Origin: a virus
Lineage: Duplodnaviria; Caudoviricetes
DNA: 29,982 bases
IMG/VR virus record: IMGVR_UViG_3300022178_000238
Span: 1 to 29,982 of that record
Reading direction: 5' to 3' (one strand)
Shown here piece by piece: positions 8,633 to 17,040 of the stretch. Within the stretch, counting starts at the first letter, position 1. Each line of letters opens with the position of its first letter. The notes under the pieces are model-generated. The model was not told the origin of the DNA, did no database searches, and was given only the letters and a program-made list of their open reading frames with translations. A program made the position numbers and the translations under genes.

Positions 8633-10843
8633 TTATATTCTCCTAGATAGAGTGGTGTAGAACCCTGTCCATTCTGCTGATTGAAATGCAGATGGGTAAT
8701 GGGTTGCATTACTTACTGTGATGGTTAATCGGTCATTTTTAGATTGAACAGGAAACGCAAACACGCCTGATTCAAGAGACACTTGGCCTAATGTTTGAAG
8801 ACCTAAAGCTTCTCCTGTGTACTCATAAGAGTTAGTCGCTCCTTGTGAAGCTGTGTTCACAGTAAAGCGTCCTGTATTCTCATAGAGTATCTTGAAGCTA
8901 CGCATCTGTAGCCTTCCAGAAGTATCAGTAAGCTGACTACCGCCTATGCCTTGAGAGCGTTTGTACTGAGTAGAGAATGTATAAGACATCGTGTATGGAT
9001 AACCAACAAAGCTTTCACCATCAATAGACACTTCGCTCTGGTTTGTCAGTTCATTAGTTCCTGTACGAAGTGCATCAAGATATACCATCTTACCTGTAGC
9101 AGTAACTTCAGGTGACTCTTGTAATTGCATCTTTTCTAAAGTGATAAGCGCACCACGCTTCATTACCCAGTAAACAGTAGACTCTATTGTTCCTATGCTG
9201 AGTATCTTGTCACAGTTAGGGAACTCCCATTTGGACCAAGAAATCTGCAGTGCTTCACCTTGTTGTCTTAAGTATTTATAGATATAGCAAGTTGGCGTTG
9301 TGAACGTACCATCAGTAAGAACAAACAACATATCCTCGTTGGTGTTAGATACCATTGAGGTTGCTTTACCTTTTATATAACGAGGTACATTGAGGGTCGC
9401 ATCAATAGCGATGTTGCTTGCAGTATCTGCTTGAACGAAGAACTCACGAATACCTGTGAAGCCCTCTCTGTTAGTGGCGAAGTAAACATACTCACCAGCA
9501 CCAACAGGCTCTGCTTGTAAAGAAGATTCATATTCAGTCGTCTGATTTATGGACACAGTTTCAGGAGTCAATGAGTCTCCAGCACTTAAAGTGAACTGGG
9601 TTTGGTCAGAGAATAGAAGCAATGTCTCGTTAAATGGAATAGCGTGTCTGAGTATAGATACCTTTGTGTGACTAACTGCCACATCAATAGGGTCTGTTGC
9701 AAGCAAGGTGGTTACAGTCTCAGGGTAAAAATCAAAGTATTTACCAGAGCGACTAAAGATTACATTCTCATCAGCAATCACACCAAAGCGGTTTCTGTGG
9801 AAGAAAACATCATTAAGCTTGCGCCCAATAAAGCTAGGTTCAGGAGCAGATATTAAATCTCCAGCTAATCGCCTTCCCCATGTGTTTGGTTCAAAAGTAA
9901 ATGATGTGTCCGCATTACGCACAAGTTTCCACGGCATAGTTGCAGGGTTGATTGTGTTGTCTGCGCCTATACCAACAGTCTCTTTCCATACACCAACAGC
10001 ATCATCACCCTGTTCATATTCAACATAGTAATTATCACTGTCTGAAGCTTTCTCACCAATGATTTCAATTTGAAAACCATTGAATGCTTGTGCTGGTAAG
10101 TCAGAGAATCTTTGGATAGAACCTTTAGCTGGTATCAATGCTTTGTTACCGAAGGAATCTTCAGTTGTTAAAGTAAAGTCATTACCATCTGTACGCTGAA
10201 TTCTTATAGCGTTGCCTTTAAGAGTAAGGGTATAGGCACTTCCTAAAGAGTTAACTAACTGGTTGCCTAAGTTCTGAGCAATTCCGTTAGTCTTCAATGT
10301 TGTTACATCAGTTGCAGATGTTGTGTAACTAGCCTTCACCACATCATCTATAAGGACTTTGTAGTCTGTAGCATAGTTACCCTGCCTCACATGGACAACA
10401 CCATCAGGGTAAGGGGCTGTCGTAGTAGTTGCAATGGTAGCGGTGGTTATAGTTTTGTTTAATAAGAAAGTGTAATCAGCAATAGTAACTGCTTTAAAAT
10501 CAGTAAGAGGGTTACCTGTAGCAAGGTATGCATATCCTGATGGGGTGTTCACAGTAAACTCAGTGCCTGCAAAGTCAAATACACGGAGGCCCGTGTTGGT
10601 TGCTAATACCAAGTAACGCTCAGTCACATCCCTATTAATAGTATGTATAAAATAATTATCACTAGCAGAAGCATTGGATATTAGTGTAGCCATATGTTCT
10701 GTAGGTGGACGCTTTCTAAGTCCACTTATGATTGAGCTAAATGCATTAATCTGTTCTTGGCCTTGCGACATAAGACGGACACTAGCGGCCTGCTGCGAGA
10801 CACCATTAGCTAGGTTAGGTATTGAACTGCTTACAAGTCCCAT
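8633..10843 (-). CDS. Tail tubular protein B / nozzle (T7 gp12-like)
   Basis: SIPNLANGVSQQ...GLRKRPP N-terminus, PSFIG...FFHRNRFG...ENVIFSRSGKYFDF, WSKW, C-terminal SAEWTG. Confidence 0.95.
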   Translation of the reverse strand: MGLVSSSIPNLANGVSQQAASVRLMSQGQEQINAFSSIISGLRKRPPTEHMATLISNASASDNYFIHTINRDVTERYLVLATNTGLRVFDFAGTEFTVNTPSGYAYLATGNPLTDFKAVTIADYTFLLNKTITTATIATTTTAPYPDGVVHVRQGNYATDYKVLIDDVVKASYTTSATDVTTLKTNGIAQNLGNQLVNSLGSAYTLTLKGNAIRIQRTDGNDFTLTTEDSFGNKALIPAKGSIQRFSDLPAQAFNGFQIEIIGEKASDSDNYYVEYEQGDDAVGVWKETVGIGADNTINPATMPWKLVRNADTSFTFEPNTWGRRLAGDLISAPEPSFIGRKLNDVFFHRNRFGVIADENVIFSRSGKYFDFYPETVTTLLATDPIDVAVSHTKVSILRHAIPFNETLLLFSDQTQFTLSAGDSLTPETVSINQTTEYESSLQAEPVGAGEYVYFATNREGFTGIREFFVQADTASNIAIDATLNVPRYIKGKATSMVSNTNEDMLFVLTDGTFTTPTCYIYKYLRQQGEALQISWSKWEFPNCDKILSIGTIESTVYWVMKRGALITLEKMQLQESPEVTATGKMVYLDALRTGTNELTNQSEVSIDGESFVGYPYTMSYTFSTQYKRSQGIGGSQLTDTSGRLQMRSFKILYENTGRFTVNTASQGATNSYEYTGEALGLQTLGQVSLESGVFAFPVQSKNDRLTITVSNATHYPSAFQSAEWTGFYTTLSRRI

Positions 10844-10846
10844 GTG

Positions 10847-11425
10847 TTACCTCGTTAGTATTCGGCTTACGGAATAGTTACCTGTAAGAATGTTGTAATC
10901 TGCATTCTCTGATTCCTTAAGGCGTAGTGTTGTTAATGCTGCGTATTCATCTTCACGATTCATTCCGTGTAGAGAATCTGAGCTTAGTGTTCTGTCTTGG
11001 AAAATTCTTGATGCTCTAATAACGATGTAATGCTTTGCTGCCTCTGGTATGTCACTAAAATCTAATAACACTACTAGGTCAGCTTTGACTGTTTCAGCAA
11101 AAGTGAATGTGTGATTGAGCCTGTCATATGCTTTGAATCCACGCTGAACAACATCATGCTTTTCAGACTCTTCAGTAGAATCCATTGAGAGCGTGTTGGC
11201 TGGTAATGGTAGTTCTGAATCTTGGTTAAGAGTTAATGGGTAATTGTATTCAGTATTGAAGAACCACCCTTGGCTTTGAACCTCGCGGTTCACTGAGTTT
11301 AAAATTGACAAAGCCGAACTTGCATCCACAGAAGTCATATTGACTAGCGTGTTTACAGGGGCTTCACCAATAGTATTCAGCATTGTGTTGACTGCTTCTA
11401 GTTCAGTCGTAGGTGCTAGTGACAT
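10847..11425 (-). CDS. Tail tubular protein A / adaptor (T7 gp11-like)
   Basis: TELEAVNTMLNTIGEAPV, VQSQGWFFN, FSDIPE...YIVIRASRIFQ. Confidence 0.95.
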   Translation of the reverse strand: MSLAPTTELEAVNTMLNTIGEAPVNTLVNMTSVDASSALSILNSVNREVQSQGWFFNTEYNYPLTLNQDSELPLPANTLSMDSTEESEKHDVVQRGFKAYDRLNHTFTFAETVKADLVVLLDFSDIPEAAKHYIVIRASRIFQDRTLSSDSLHGMNREDEYAALTTLRLKESENADYNILTGNYSVSRILTR

Positions 11426-11445
11426 ATTGCGGCCTTTGAAATATT

Positions 11446-11474
11446 AAAAAAAAGGGAACCGAAGTTCCCCTTTT
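11446..11474 (-). terminator. T-phi-like terminator after the major capsid gene
   Basis: Minus strand GGGAAC-TTCG-GTTCCC (UUCG tetraloop) followed by T8, about 10 nt after the capsid stop; same position as T7 T-phi. Confidence 0.92.
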
Positions 11475-11484
11475 ATGTTTTAGC

Positions 11485-12420
11485 TTATGTAAGCTTTAAT
11501 TCAATGGCACATTCTGGGCGTAATACGCCAGAACCCATTGCGTACTTAGCAACGAATAGAGTGCCTTGACGACGAATGTCGTACTCAGACTCAAGTGCCA
11601 AGTCCATCAACTTAACAGTACCGATAGCAGATGCATGGAATACAACAGCTTTGGTCTTGGTGAAGTCTGCATGGTAAGTATTGTTCTCACCAGTTACTGC
11701 AGATTGGTTGCCAGTAGGTAAGTGGTTAGACATTACAATTGCAATGCCTGCTACACGGATTACTTTCGCATCAGCGTAAACACCAGCACCACCCCAATCT
11801 TTGTTCATGATTGTGGTGTCTTGTGCCATCTTGTAATAGATAGCAGGTGATACAACAGCTACGCGACCATCAGCAGGGATGTCCTTGCTGTCCATCTCTT
11901 CAGCAGCTTCAAACAAAGCAGCGATGATGTTGGCTGTAGTAGTGTAGTTAGCCTTAGAAATCTGAAGGCCAGCCTTGCCAGTACCAGTGATAGTCTCAGT
12001 ACCACGGGCAGCTTGCACTACCATACGTAAAGCGTTCTTATCGAATGCATTTGCCAACGCATTACCTAACTCAGAAGTGTAGGTTGCGCGAACATCGTAG
12101 TGGTTTTTCGCCTCATCAATATTGGAGATGAAGGCAGGTGCTACCAATAAATCGTCAACAGCGATAATCTTCTCAGCGTGTTTAACAGAACCACCAAGAA
12201 TCTCAGCACCAACTACATGGTAAGCTGCAGCAGCAGTACCCATTACAGGGAAAGAGGCTGACTTGCCGTTGTTGATAGTACGGACTTGGTGTAAGCCCAT
12301 CATGATATTCTTTTCTTCAAACTGGGTGATTACTTCACCAGCGAATAATTTTAGAAATAAAGCATCAGTGGCGTTTGCGCCATTGACTTGTCCGATGCGT
12401 GATACAGTTGCGTTACTCAT
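11485..12420 (-). CDS. Major capsid protein (T7 gp10-like)
   Basis: ALFLKLFAGEV, RTINNGKSASFPVMG, IDEAKNHYDVR, KYAMGSGVLRPECA. Confidence 0.97.
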   Translation of the reverse strand: MSNATVSRIGQVNGANATDALFLKLFAGEVITQFEEKNIMMGLHQVRTINNGKSASFPVMGTAAAAYHVVGAEILGGSVKHAEKIIAVDDLLVAPAFISNIDEAKNHYDVRATYTSELGNALANAFDKNALRMVVQAARGTETITGTGKAGLQISKANYTTTANIIAALFEAAEEMDSKDIPADGRVAVVSPAIYYKMAQDTTIMNKDWGGAGVYADAKVIRVAGIAIVMSNHLPTGNQSAVTGENNTYHADFTKTKAVVFHASAIGTVKLMDLALESEYDIRRQGTLFVAKYAMGSGVLRPECAIELKLT

Positions 12421-12482
12421 TTTTAATACCTTGTAAAGAGGATTGAAGTTTCAAGTTGTTTTGTTCCTTGAGGCTCCAGCAC

Positions 12483-12592
12483 TCAATAACTTCCCACAGC
12501 GTTACCCTCCTCGGAGGCGATGTTTCTTTGTCATTAATAGCTTTGGGCTTTTGGAATAGGGGGATGCCTCCCTGCCGCGAGGCTAAAGGAGG
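12483..12592 (-). promoter_or_regulatory. Structured RNA leader upstream of the capsid gene (two hairpins; possible processing or regulatory element)
   Basis: Hairpin CCTCCTT-TA-GCC-TCGC-GGC-AGGGAGG at 12567-12592. A long interrupted stem TTAATGAC/GTTATTGA at 12483-12537 encloses ACAtCG/CGcTGT and CCTC-CGAG-GAGG. Confidence 0.5.
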
Positions 12593-12605
12593 ACTTATAA
12601 AAGTG

Positions 12606-13388
12606 TTACAGAATTGATGAATTGGAAAGTTTGTTCTGAACACTTTGTCGGAATGCTGAATCCTTGGAGTACCGAGGGTCCCTCATGGCTTCCGTTAGTT
12701 GGGCTACGCTATCAAATCGACCACCTGCATTTGCAGAAGTAGTTTCACCACTAATCAATTTAGGGTCACTACCATTGGCGGCTGTATAACGTGCCTTTAA
12801 ACCATGAACAGTCATCTGAATCTGGTCAGAGTTACCACTGTTCATTGTGTCGTTGTAGGCTTCTGTTTCATTAGCGGTCAGGTTCGTACTTGCCCATTCC
12901 ATCATTGAGCCATAAGCTTCTTCACCACCAACACTGTCAAACATAGTTGTTCTTAGTGAGGTAGCTAGCTGCTCTTGACCTGCGATGTATGAGTCCACGA
13001 CTTCCTTTGGAATTCCTGACTTTGCTAATGACTCATAAGTTGCTTCAGTTAAACCTTGATTAGCTTGATATTCTTCTTGCATAGCATCAAAGTTTAACCC
13101 TGCATTTTCAACGACATCTGCTGCCTCGCTGGAGGGGATTTCAGTTTCGGTTTTCACTGATTCAGTGTCACCGCTTGACATCTTCTTCTCCAACTCAGCA
13201 TAAGATTTAGCTAAGTCTTCAGGGGTCTTGAACTTTTCTGGTAACCATTCAGGCCGTTCATCCGTTGTGGATTCTAGGTTCTCCTGAACAGGTTCATTTT
13301 GAGCGTTGTCCGCCTTTGCTACCATCGCATTAATATGCTCTTGGGACTCAGGTTGTGGCTCTTGCTTAATTGTGACTGATTCTACCAT
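12606..13388 (-). CDS. Capsid scaffolding protein (T7 gp9-like)
   Basis: ERPEWLPEKFKTPEDLAKSYAELEKK, VGGEEAY..MMEWA, AMRDPRY; acidic; between portal and capsid. Confidence 0.94.
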   Translation of the reverse strand: MVESVTIKQEPQPESQEHINAMVAKADNAQNEPVQENLESTTDERPEWLPEKFKTPEDLAKSYAELEKKMSSGDTESVKTETEIPSSEAADVVENAGLNFDAMQEEYQANQGLTEATYESLAKSGIPKEVVDSYIAGQEQLATSLRTTMFDSVGGEEAYGSMMEWASTNLTANETEAYNDTMNSGNSDQIQMTVHGLKARYTAANGSDPKLISGETTSANAGGRFDSVAQLTEAMRDPRYSKDSAFRQSVQNKLSNSSIL

Positions 13389-14929
13389 TACTGTTCTTCA
13401 TTTCCTTGTTGCGCCATCATCTGTTCTTTAACAGCATCAAATGCTTGGGGTGCTAATTGCTGCCCAGTTTGTTGCATCATTGCTTGTTCAGATTCTTGTT
13501 GTATTTCTTCATCAGATTTAATTAAGCCCTTCATATCAATACCTAATGATGTACCAACACGCGAGATATAATCTCCAATGTTCATGTACTTCATTAATGT
13601 TTCTGGGCCTAACTGACCAAGCTGTTCCAACATGGCTGCTAGTTTATTTAAATCATGTCCACGACCAAGTGCTTCAAGGCCAGTGGTGATTGTGGGTTGT
13701 ACGATACCTTTAGGAAGAGAAGGAACTTTGCGTTGCTTCTGCATTTGTAAAAGTAATCGGTTTACTAAAGGTAGCTGGAATTCCTGCGACAAGATTGAGT
13801 AGATACCACCTAGGGCATCCTCTAATTCTCCTGCCATGTATCGGATTTCTTCAGCCGTAACACGTTCAGCATTGCGCTGCACTGATGAGTTCATTAAGAA
13901 GGCGTAAGCTAAACGCTCTTTGATTTCCTGTGCGGTCTGAAACGCAATCTGGAAGTCGCCTTGCTTTTGAACTTGAAGTGTACTCACATCATTTGCGTCA
14001 CCCTCACGGATAGCTCCATTAGGTGCTTCAGCAAGAACACGCGCACGGGTTGTGCCATTGGGTCGGACCAAGAATAGAACTTTGGCTGATGCCGCAGAAC
14101 CTTCAACGATGGCTTGGGTTAAAGTTTCTAGTGACTTAAGGTCACCAAGATATTCTTCAACATAACCACGACCCCAAGATTCTCCGTCAATACGAGAAAG
14201 TCTTAAAGGTATCCAAGGAGTCTTATCTAAAGGATATGTGCCTTCTGAATCAGGGACCATCTTTCCTTTAAGCTCTTGGTTAACCTTCCAGTTTTTCCCA
14301 TCACGGACAATGCGAGTGTAGAGTTCTACTGATTCATAACCATGCACCTCACCTTCTTGTTGGTCCATATCACACAAAGCTTGTAGTTCTGGTGATAATG
14401 TTTCAGGAGAAATGTCTTCTTTGGTAATAAGTTCTAAAGCATTACCCATTGGGTCACGCTTGATTACATACCTGTCCATGTGGAACACACGCATACCACC
14501 TTCAGCTTCAGGGAGATACAGCAATACATTACCAGCAACTAACAGGTGTTTAAGTGCTTCAAATGTTGCAATGCGTACTGAGCTAGATTCAATCTCAGAC
14601 ATCACTGCGCGTTCAATTGAGGACAACGCTTCTTCCACTTCTGCTCTTGCACCCTCTTGTTGGGTGAGTTCCTGTAACTTAAAGTCGTCCACTGTTAAGC
14701 GAAAGAAAGGTGAGTTAGGTGGAACTAATGCTAGTAGTAATTTAGATGCTAGGTTGTTTACACCACGCGCACCTATGCCTTGGAATGGCGTATAGAATTT
14801 ACTACTGGCACTATGTCCTGAGTCAGGAACTAAAGTAGGGAGAGTTAGCTTGCTGCATTCTCTTGCCCTATCTAGAAATGGGGTACGCTCTGTCTCCAAC
14901 TTTTCATATCGTTGTCGAATAGAGGTCAT
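13388..14929 (-). CDS. Portal / head-tail connector (T7 gp8-like)
   Basis: QGIGARGVNNLASKL, GESWGRGYVEEYLGDL, ERVTAEEIR...ELEDALGGIYS, TGLEALGRG. Confidence 0.97.
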   Translation of the reverse strand: MTSIRQRYEKLETERTPFLDRARECSKLTLPTLVPDSGHSASSKFYTPFQGIGARGVNNLASKLLLALVPPNSPFFRLTVDDFKLQELTQQEGARAEVEEALSSIERAVMSEIESSSVRIATFEALKHLLVAGNVLLYLPEAEGGMRVFHMDRYVIKRDPMGNALELITKEDISPETLSPELQALCDMDQQEGEVHGYESVELYTRIVRDGKNWKVNQELKGKMVPDSEGTYPLDKTPWIPLRLSRIDGESWGRGYVEEYLGDLKSLETLTQAIVEGSAASAKVLFLVRPNGTTRARVLAEAPNGAIREGDANDVSTLQVQKQGDFQIAFQTAQEIKERLAYAFLMNSSVQRNAERVTAEEIRYMAGELEDALGGIYSILSQEFQLPLVNRLLLQMQKQRKVPSLPKGIVQPTITTGLEALGRGHDLNKLAAMLEQLGQLGPETLMKYMNIGDYISRVGTSLGIDMKGLIKSDEEIQQESEQAMMQQTGQQLAPQAFDAVKEQMMAQQGNEEQ

Positions 14930-14935
14930 GGTTTC

Positions 14936-15160
14936 CTACTTTGTTGGGATGTTAGTGCCAGTGCTAGAGGAAGTACCACCTACTGAACGCTCAATGCGTA
15001 GTGAGCTAGTGCCTTTCTTCTTACGATTTTGTTGTCCGCGTGAAGAATCCTTCTCAGCATTAACGCCAATCTTAGGAACCTCTGGGGCTAATGCCGCTGG
15101 TGGTGGTGTAGGTGGTGGGGGTGGTGGTGTAGGTGCAGGTTTCGATCCGCCAAAACACAT
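14936..15160 (-). CDS. Small proline-rich virion protein (T7 gp6.7/gp7.3-like)
   Basis: MCFGG start, poly-Pro tract, basic KKKGTSSLRI and GTNIP end; immediately upstream of portal; GGAG RBS. Confidence 0.75.
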   Translation of the reverse strand: MCFGGSKPAPTPPPPPPTPPPAALAPEVPKIGVNAEKDSSRGQQNRKKKGTSSLRIERSVGGTSSSTGTNIPTK

Positions 15161-15163
15161 ATA

Positions 15164-15355
15164 TTAATGCTCCATTTGTTCTGTTTGATTTTGGGCTTCA
15201 TATTGCATTCTTAATAAAGCAACAACATGAACAGCACCAACATTGTGAAATATTTCACGCTCCGTATCATCAAGACGGGGAACGCAATCGGGGACTATCT
15301 TCTCTAGATGCTCAACGAGGTCTAAAGGAACATAGGGGAATTCAGTTAAGTCCAT
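15164..15355 (-). CDS. Small conserved phage protein (T7 gp6.5-like position)
   Basis: 63 aa, PYVPLDLVEHLEKIVPD...GAVHVVALL; first gene after the late promoter copy. Confidence 0.65.
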   Translation of the reverse strand: MDLTEFPYVPLDLVEHLEKIVPDCVPRLDDTEREIFHNVGAVHVVALLRMQYEAQNQTEQMEH

Positions 15356-15367
15356 ACAGGAACCTTC

Positions 15368-16081
15368 TTATAGCGCAACCTTTGGTTGACTTTTATGAAA
15401 AGCCTCAATCCACATCTTGCACTCTTTACTACGAACAACATCATCAATACCAAACTCAATGACAGGTACTGGTAGGTTGAAGCGTTGTGCAAGTTCTATG
15501 ATTGTGGATAGGCCACTGGTTTGACGAATGTCTGATTGTGCAATGTCACCATTGATTACGATGCGGCAGTTCTCACCAATTCTGGTGGTGAACATCTTCA
15601 TCTCTTCTGGTGTTGTGTTCTGTGCCTCATCCATAATGACAAATGCGTCACTGAATGAGGACCCACGCATGGTTTCAAAGGGAGCTACGATGATTGCACC
15701 CTTACGTACTGCGTTCTCATACGCACCACCCATGCAGTTCTTAAGCACTTCTACCACAGGCGTAGTCCAAGGAGCCATCTTCTCTTCTAAAGTACCAGGA
15801 AATGACCCTAAACTTCTTGACGAAGGGACATTTGGTCGAGTGAGAATTATCTTATTGATGGTTCCCTGCATGTAGAGTTGCGCTGCCATAGTGCTTGCTA
15901 TGTAAGTCTTACCTGTTCCAGCACAGCCCAAGCTTATGGTTTGAGTGAAGTTGTTAATAGCTTCAATATACCTTGCTTGCATTTTATTCTTCGGCTGGAG
16001 TGCTGTCCGTGTGGTTCGCTCTTCCATAAACTTCTCTTTAATATCACGCTTTGGTTTTAGCTTACGTTGTTGACGCGGCAT
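15368..16081 (-). CDS. phoH: PhoH-family ATPase
   Basis: GCAGTGKT Walker A, KIILTRP, LGSFPGTLEEKMAPW, MRGSSF, MDEAQN, TRIGE, GDIAQSD, VVRS. Start placed at MPRQQ (16081, after GGGGA); 16096 is an alternative. Confidence 0.95.
   Translation of the reverse strand: MPRQQRKLKPKRDIKEKFMEERTTRTALQPKNKMQARYIEAINNFTQTISLGCAGTGKTYIASTMAAQLYMQGTINKIILTRPNVPSSRSLGSFPGTLEEKMAPWTTPVVEVLKNCMGGAYENAVRKGAIIVAPFETMRGSSFSDAFVIMDEAQNTTPEEMKMFTTRIGENCRIVINGDIAQSDIRQTSGLSTIIELAQRFNLPVPVIEFGIDDVVRSKECKMWIEAFHKSQPKVAL
15370..15386 (-). promoter_or_regulatory. Putative phage RNAP promoter, late copy (ACCAAAGGTTGCGCTAT)
   Basis: 15/17 match to the repeat at 27244 and 29939. It sits at the end of phoH directly before the structural module, like T7 phi6.5. 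Confidence 0.78.
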
Positions 16082-16083
16082 GT

Positions 16084-17037
16084 TTACCATCCCCATGAGT
16101 CACCAGACATTCCATCTGCTGAGTAATCTGTAACACGACCCTCAAAGAAATTCTTAAAGGAGTCACCATTCAATACCCAATCAAGCCACGGCAGTGGGTT
16201 AAATTCAATATCCCAATTAGGCTTCAGTCCAAGATTAATTAAACGTCTATCTGCGATATAGCGTATATATTCTTTAACTTCGATTTGAGTGATACCTTCC
16301 ATAGCACCAAGTTCAAACGCCAAATCAATAACTTTATCTTCAAGCGTAACCGCAGTCCGATACATATCGTAGATAGACTGTTTAAATTCATCAGTAACCA
16401 CCTCTGGGTTTTCAGTAATGTACTGACGGAACAACGCAGTCATACCATCAACATGCATTGTCTCGTCACGGATGCTCCACTCAACAATCTCACACATCCC
16501 CTTTAGCTTTCCAAATCGTTGGAAGTTAAGAAGCATTACGAAAGCACTGAACAGACTCATGCCCTCATTACAGACAGTCTGAGCAATCGCCTTGGCTAGG
16601 CCTTGCTTAGTGTCTGGGTCAAATGTTTGCATAAACTCAATCTTGTCAGCCATCGCTTCATATTCTAGAAACGCTGTGTACTCTGACTCTGGAAACCCAA
16701 GGGTGTCATTGAGTAATGCATAGCTACGCATGTGGATAGTCTCTCGCTGTGCGAATGACAGCATCATCATTCTAGCCTCGTTGTTTTTGATACGAGGTAA
16801 GAACACATCAACATAACTACCCCCGACTATCACATCAGACTGAGTGAATAGACGGAGGATTTGGGTGATAAAGTTTTTCTCACTGGAGGAAATCTTTCCA
16901 GACTTCCACTGTGCTACATCTTCATTTAGGTCGCATTCCCATTCACCCCATGCCAGCTTGTCATGCTCAATTGCTTGGTTGACAAAGCTAGGGTTGGCGA
17001 AAGGTTTGTATGCTGGTGATTGGTCTAACAAACTCAT
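16084..17037 (-). CDS. nrdB: Class I ribonucleotide reductase beta subunit
   Basis: Di-metal ligands FTQSD, ETIH..SY (radical Tyr), EGMSLF, DETMH; C-terminal NFFEGRVTDY. Confidence 0.96.
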   Translation of the reverse strand: MSLLDQSPAYKPFANPSFVNQAIEHDKLAWGEWECDLNEDVAQWKSGKISSSEKNFITQILRLFTQSDVIVGGSYVDVFLPRIKNNEARMMMLSFAQRETIHMRSYALLNDTLGFPESEYTAFLEYEAMADKIEFMQTFDPDTKQGLAKAIAQTVCNEGMSLFSAFVMLLNFQRFGKLKGMCEIVEWSIRDETMHVDGMTALFRQYITENPEVVTDEFKQSIYDMYRTAVTLEDKVIDLAFELGAMEGITQIEVKEYIRYIADRRLINLGLKPNWDIEFNPLPWLDWVLNGDSFKNFFEGRVTDYSADGMSGDSWGW

Positions 17038-17040
17038 TGG

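Noticed and set aside
11475-11510. Capsid frameshift extension like T7 10B
   Set aside because: No clear slippery heptamer near the stop, and the terminator follows within about 10 nt, leaving no room for an extension domain.
12413-12643. 76-aa minus-strand ORF across the capsid leader
   Set aside because: Non-ATG start inside the scaffold gene, no RBS, non-protein-like composition; the region is better explained as structured RNA.
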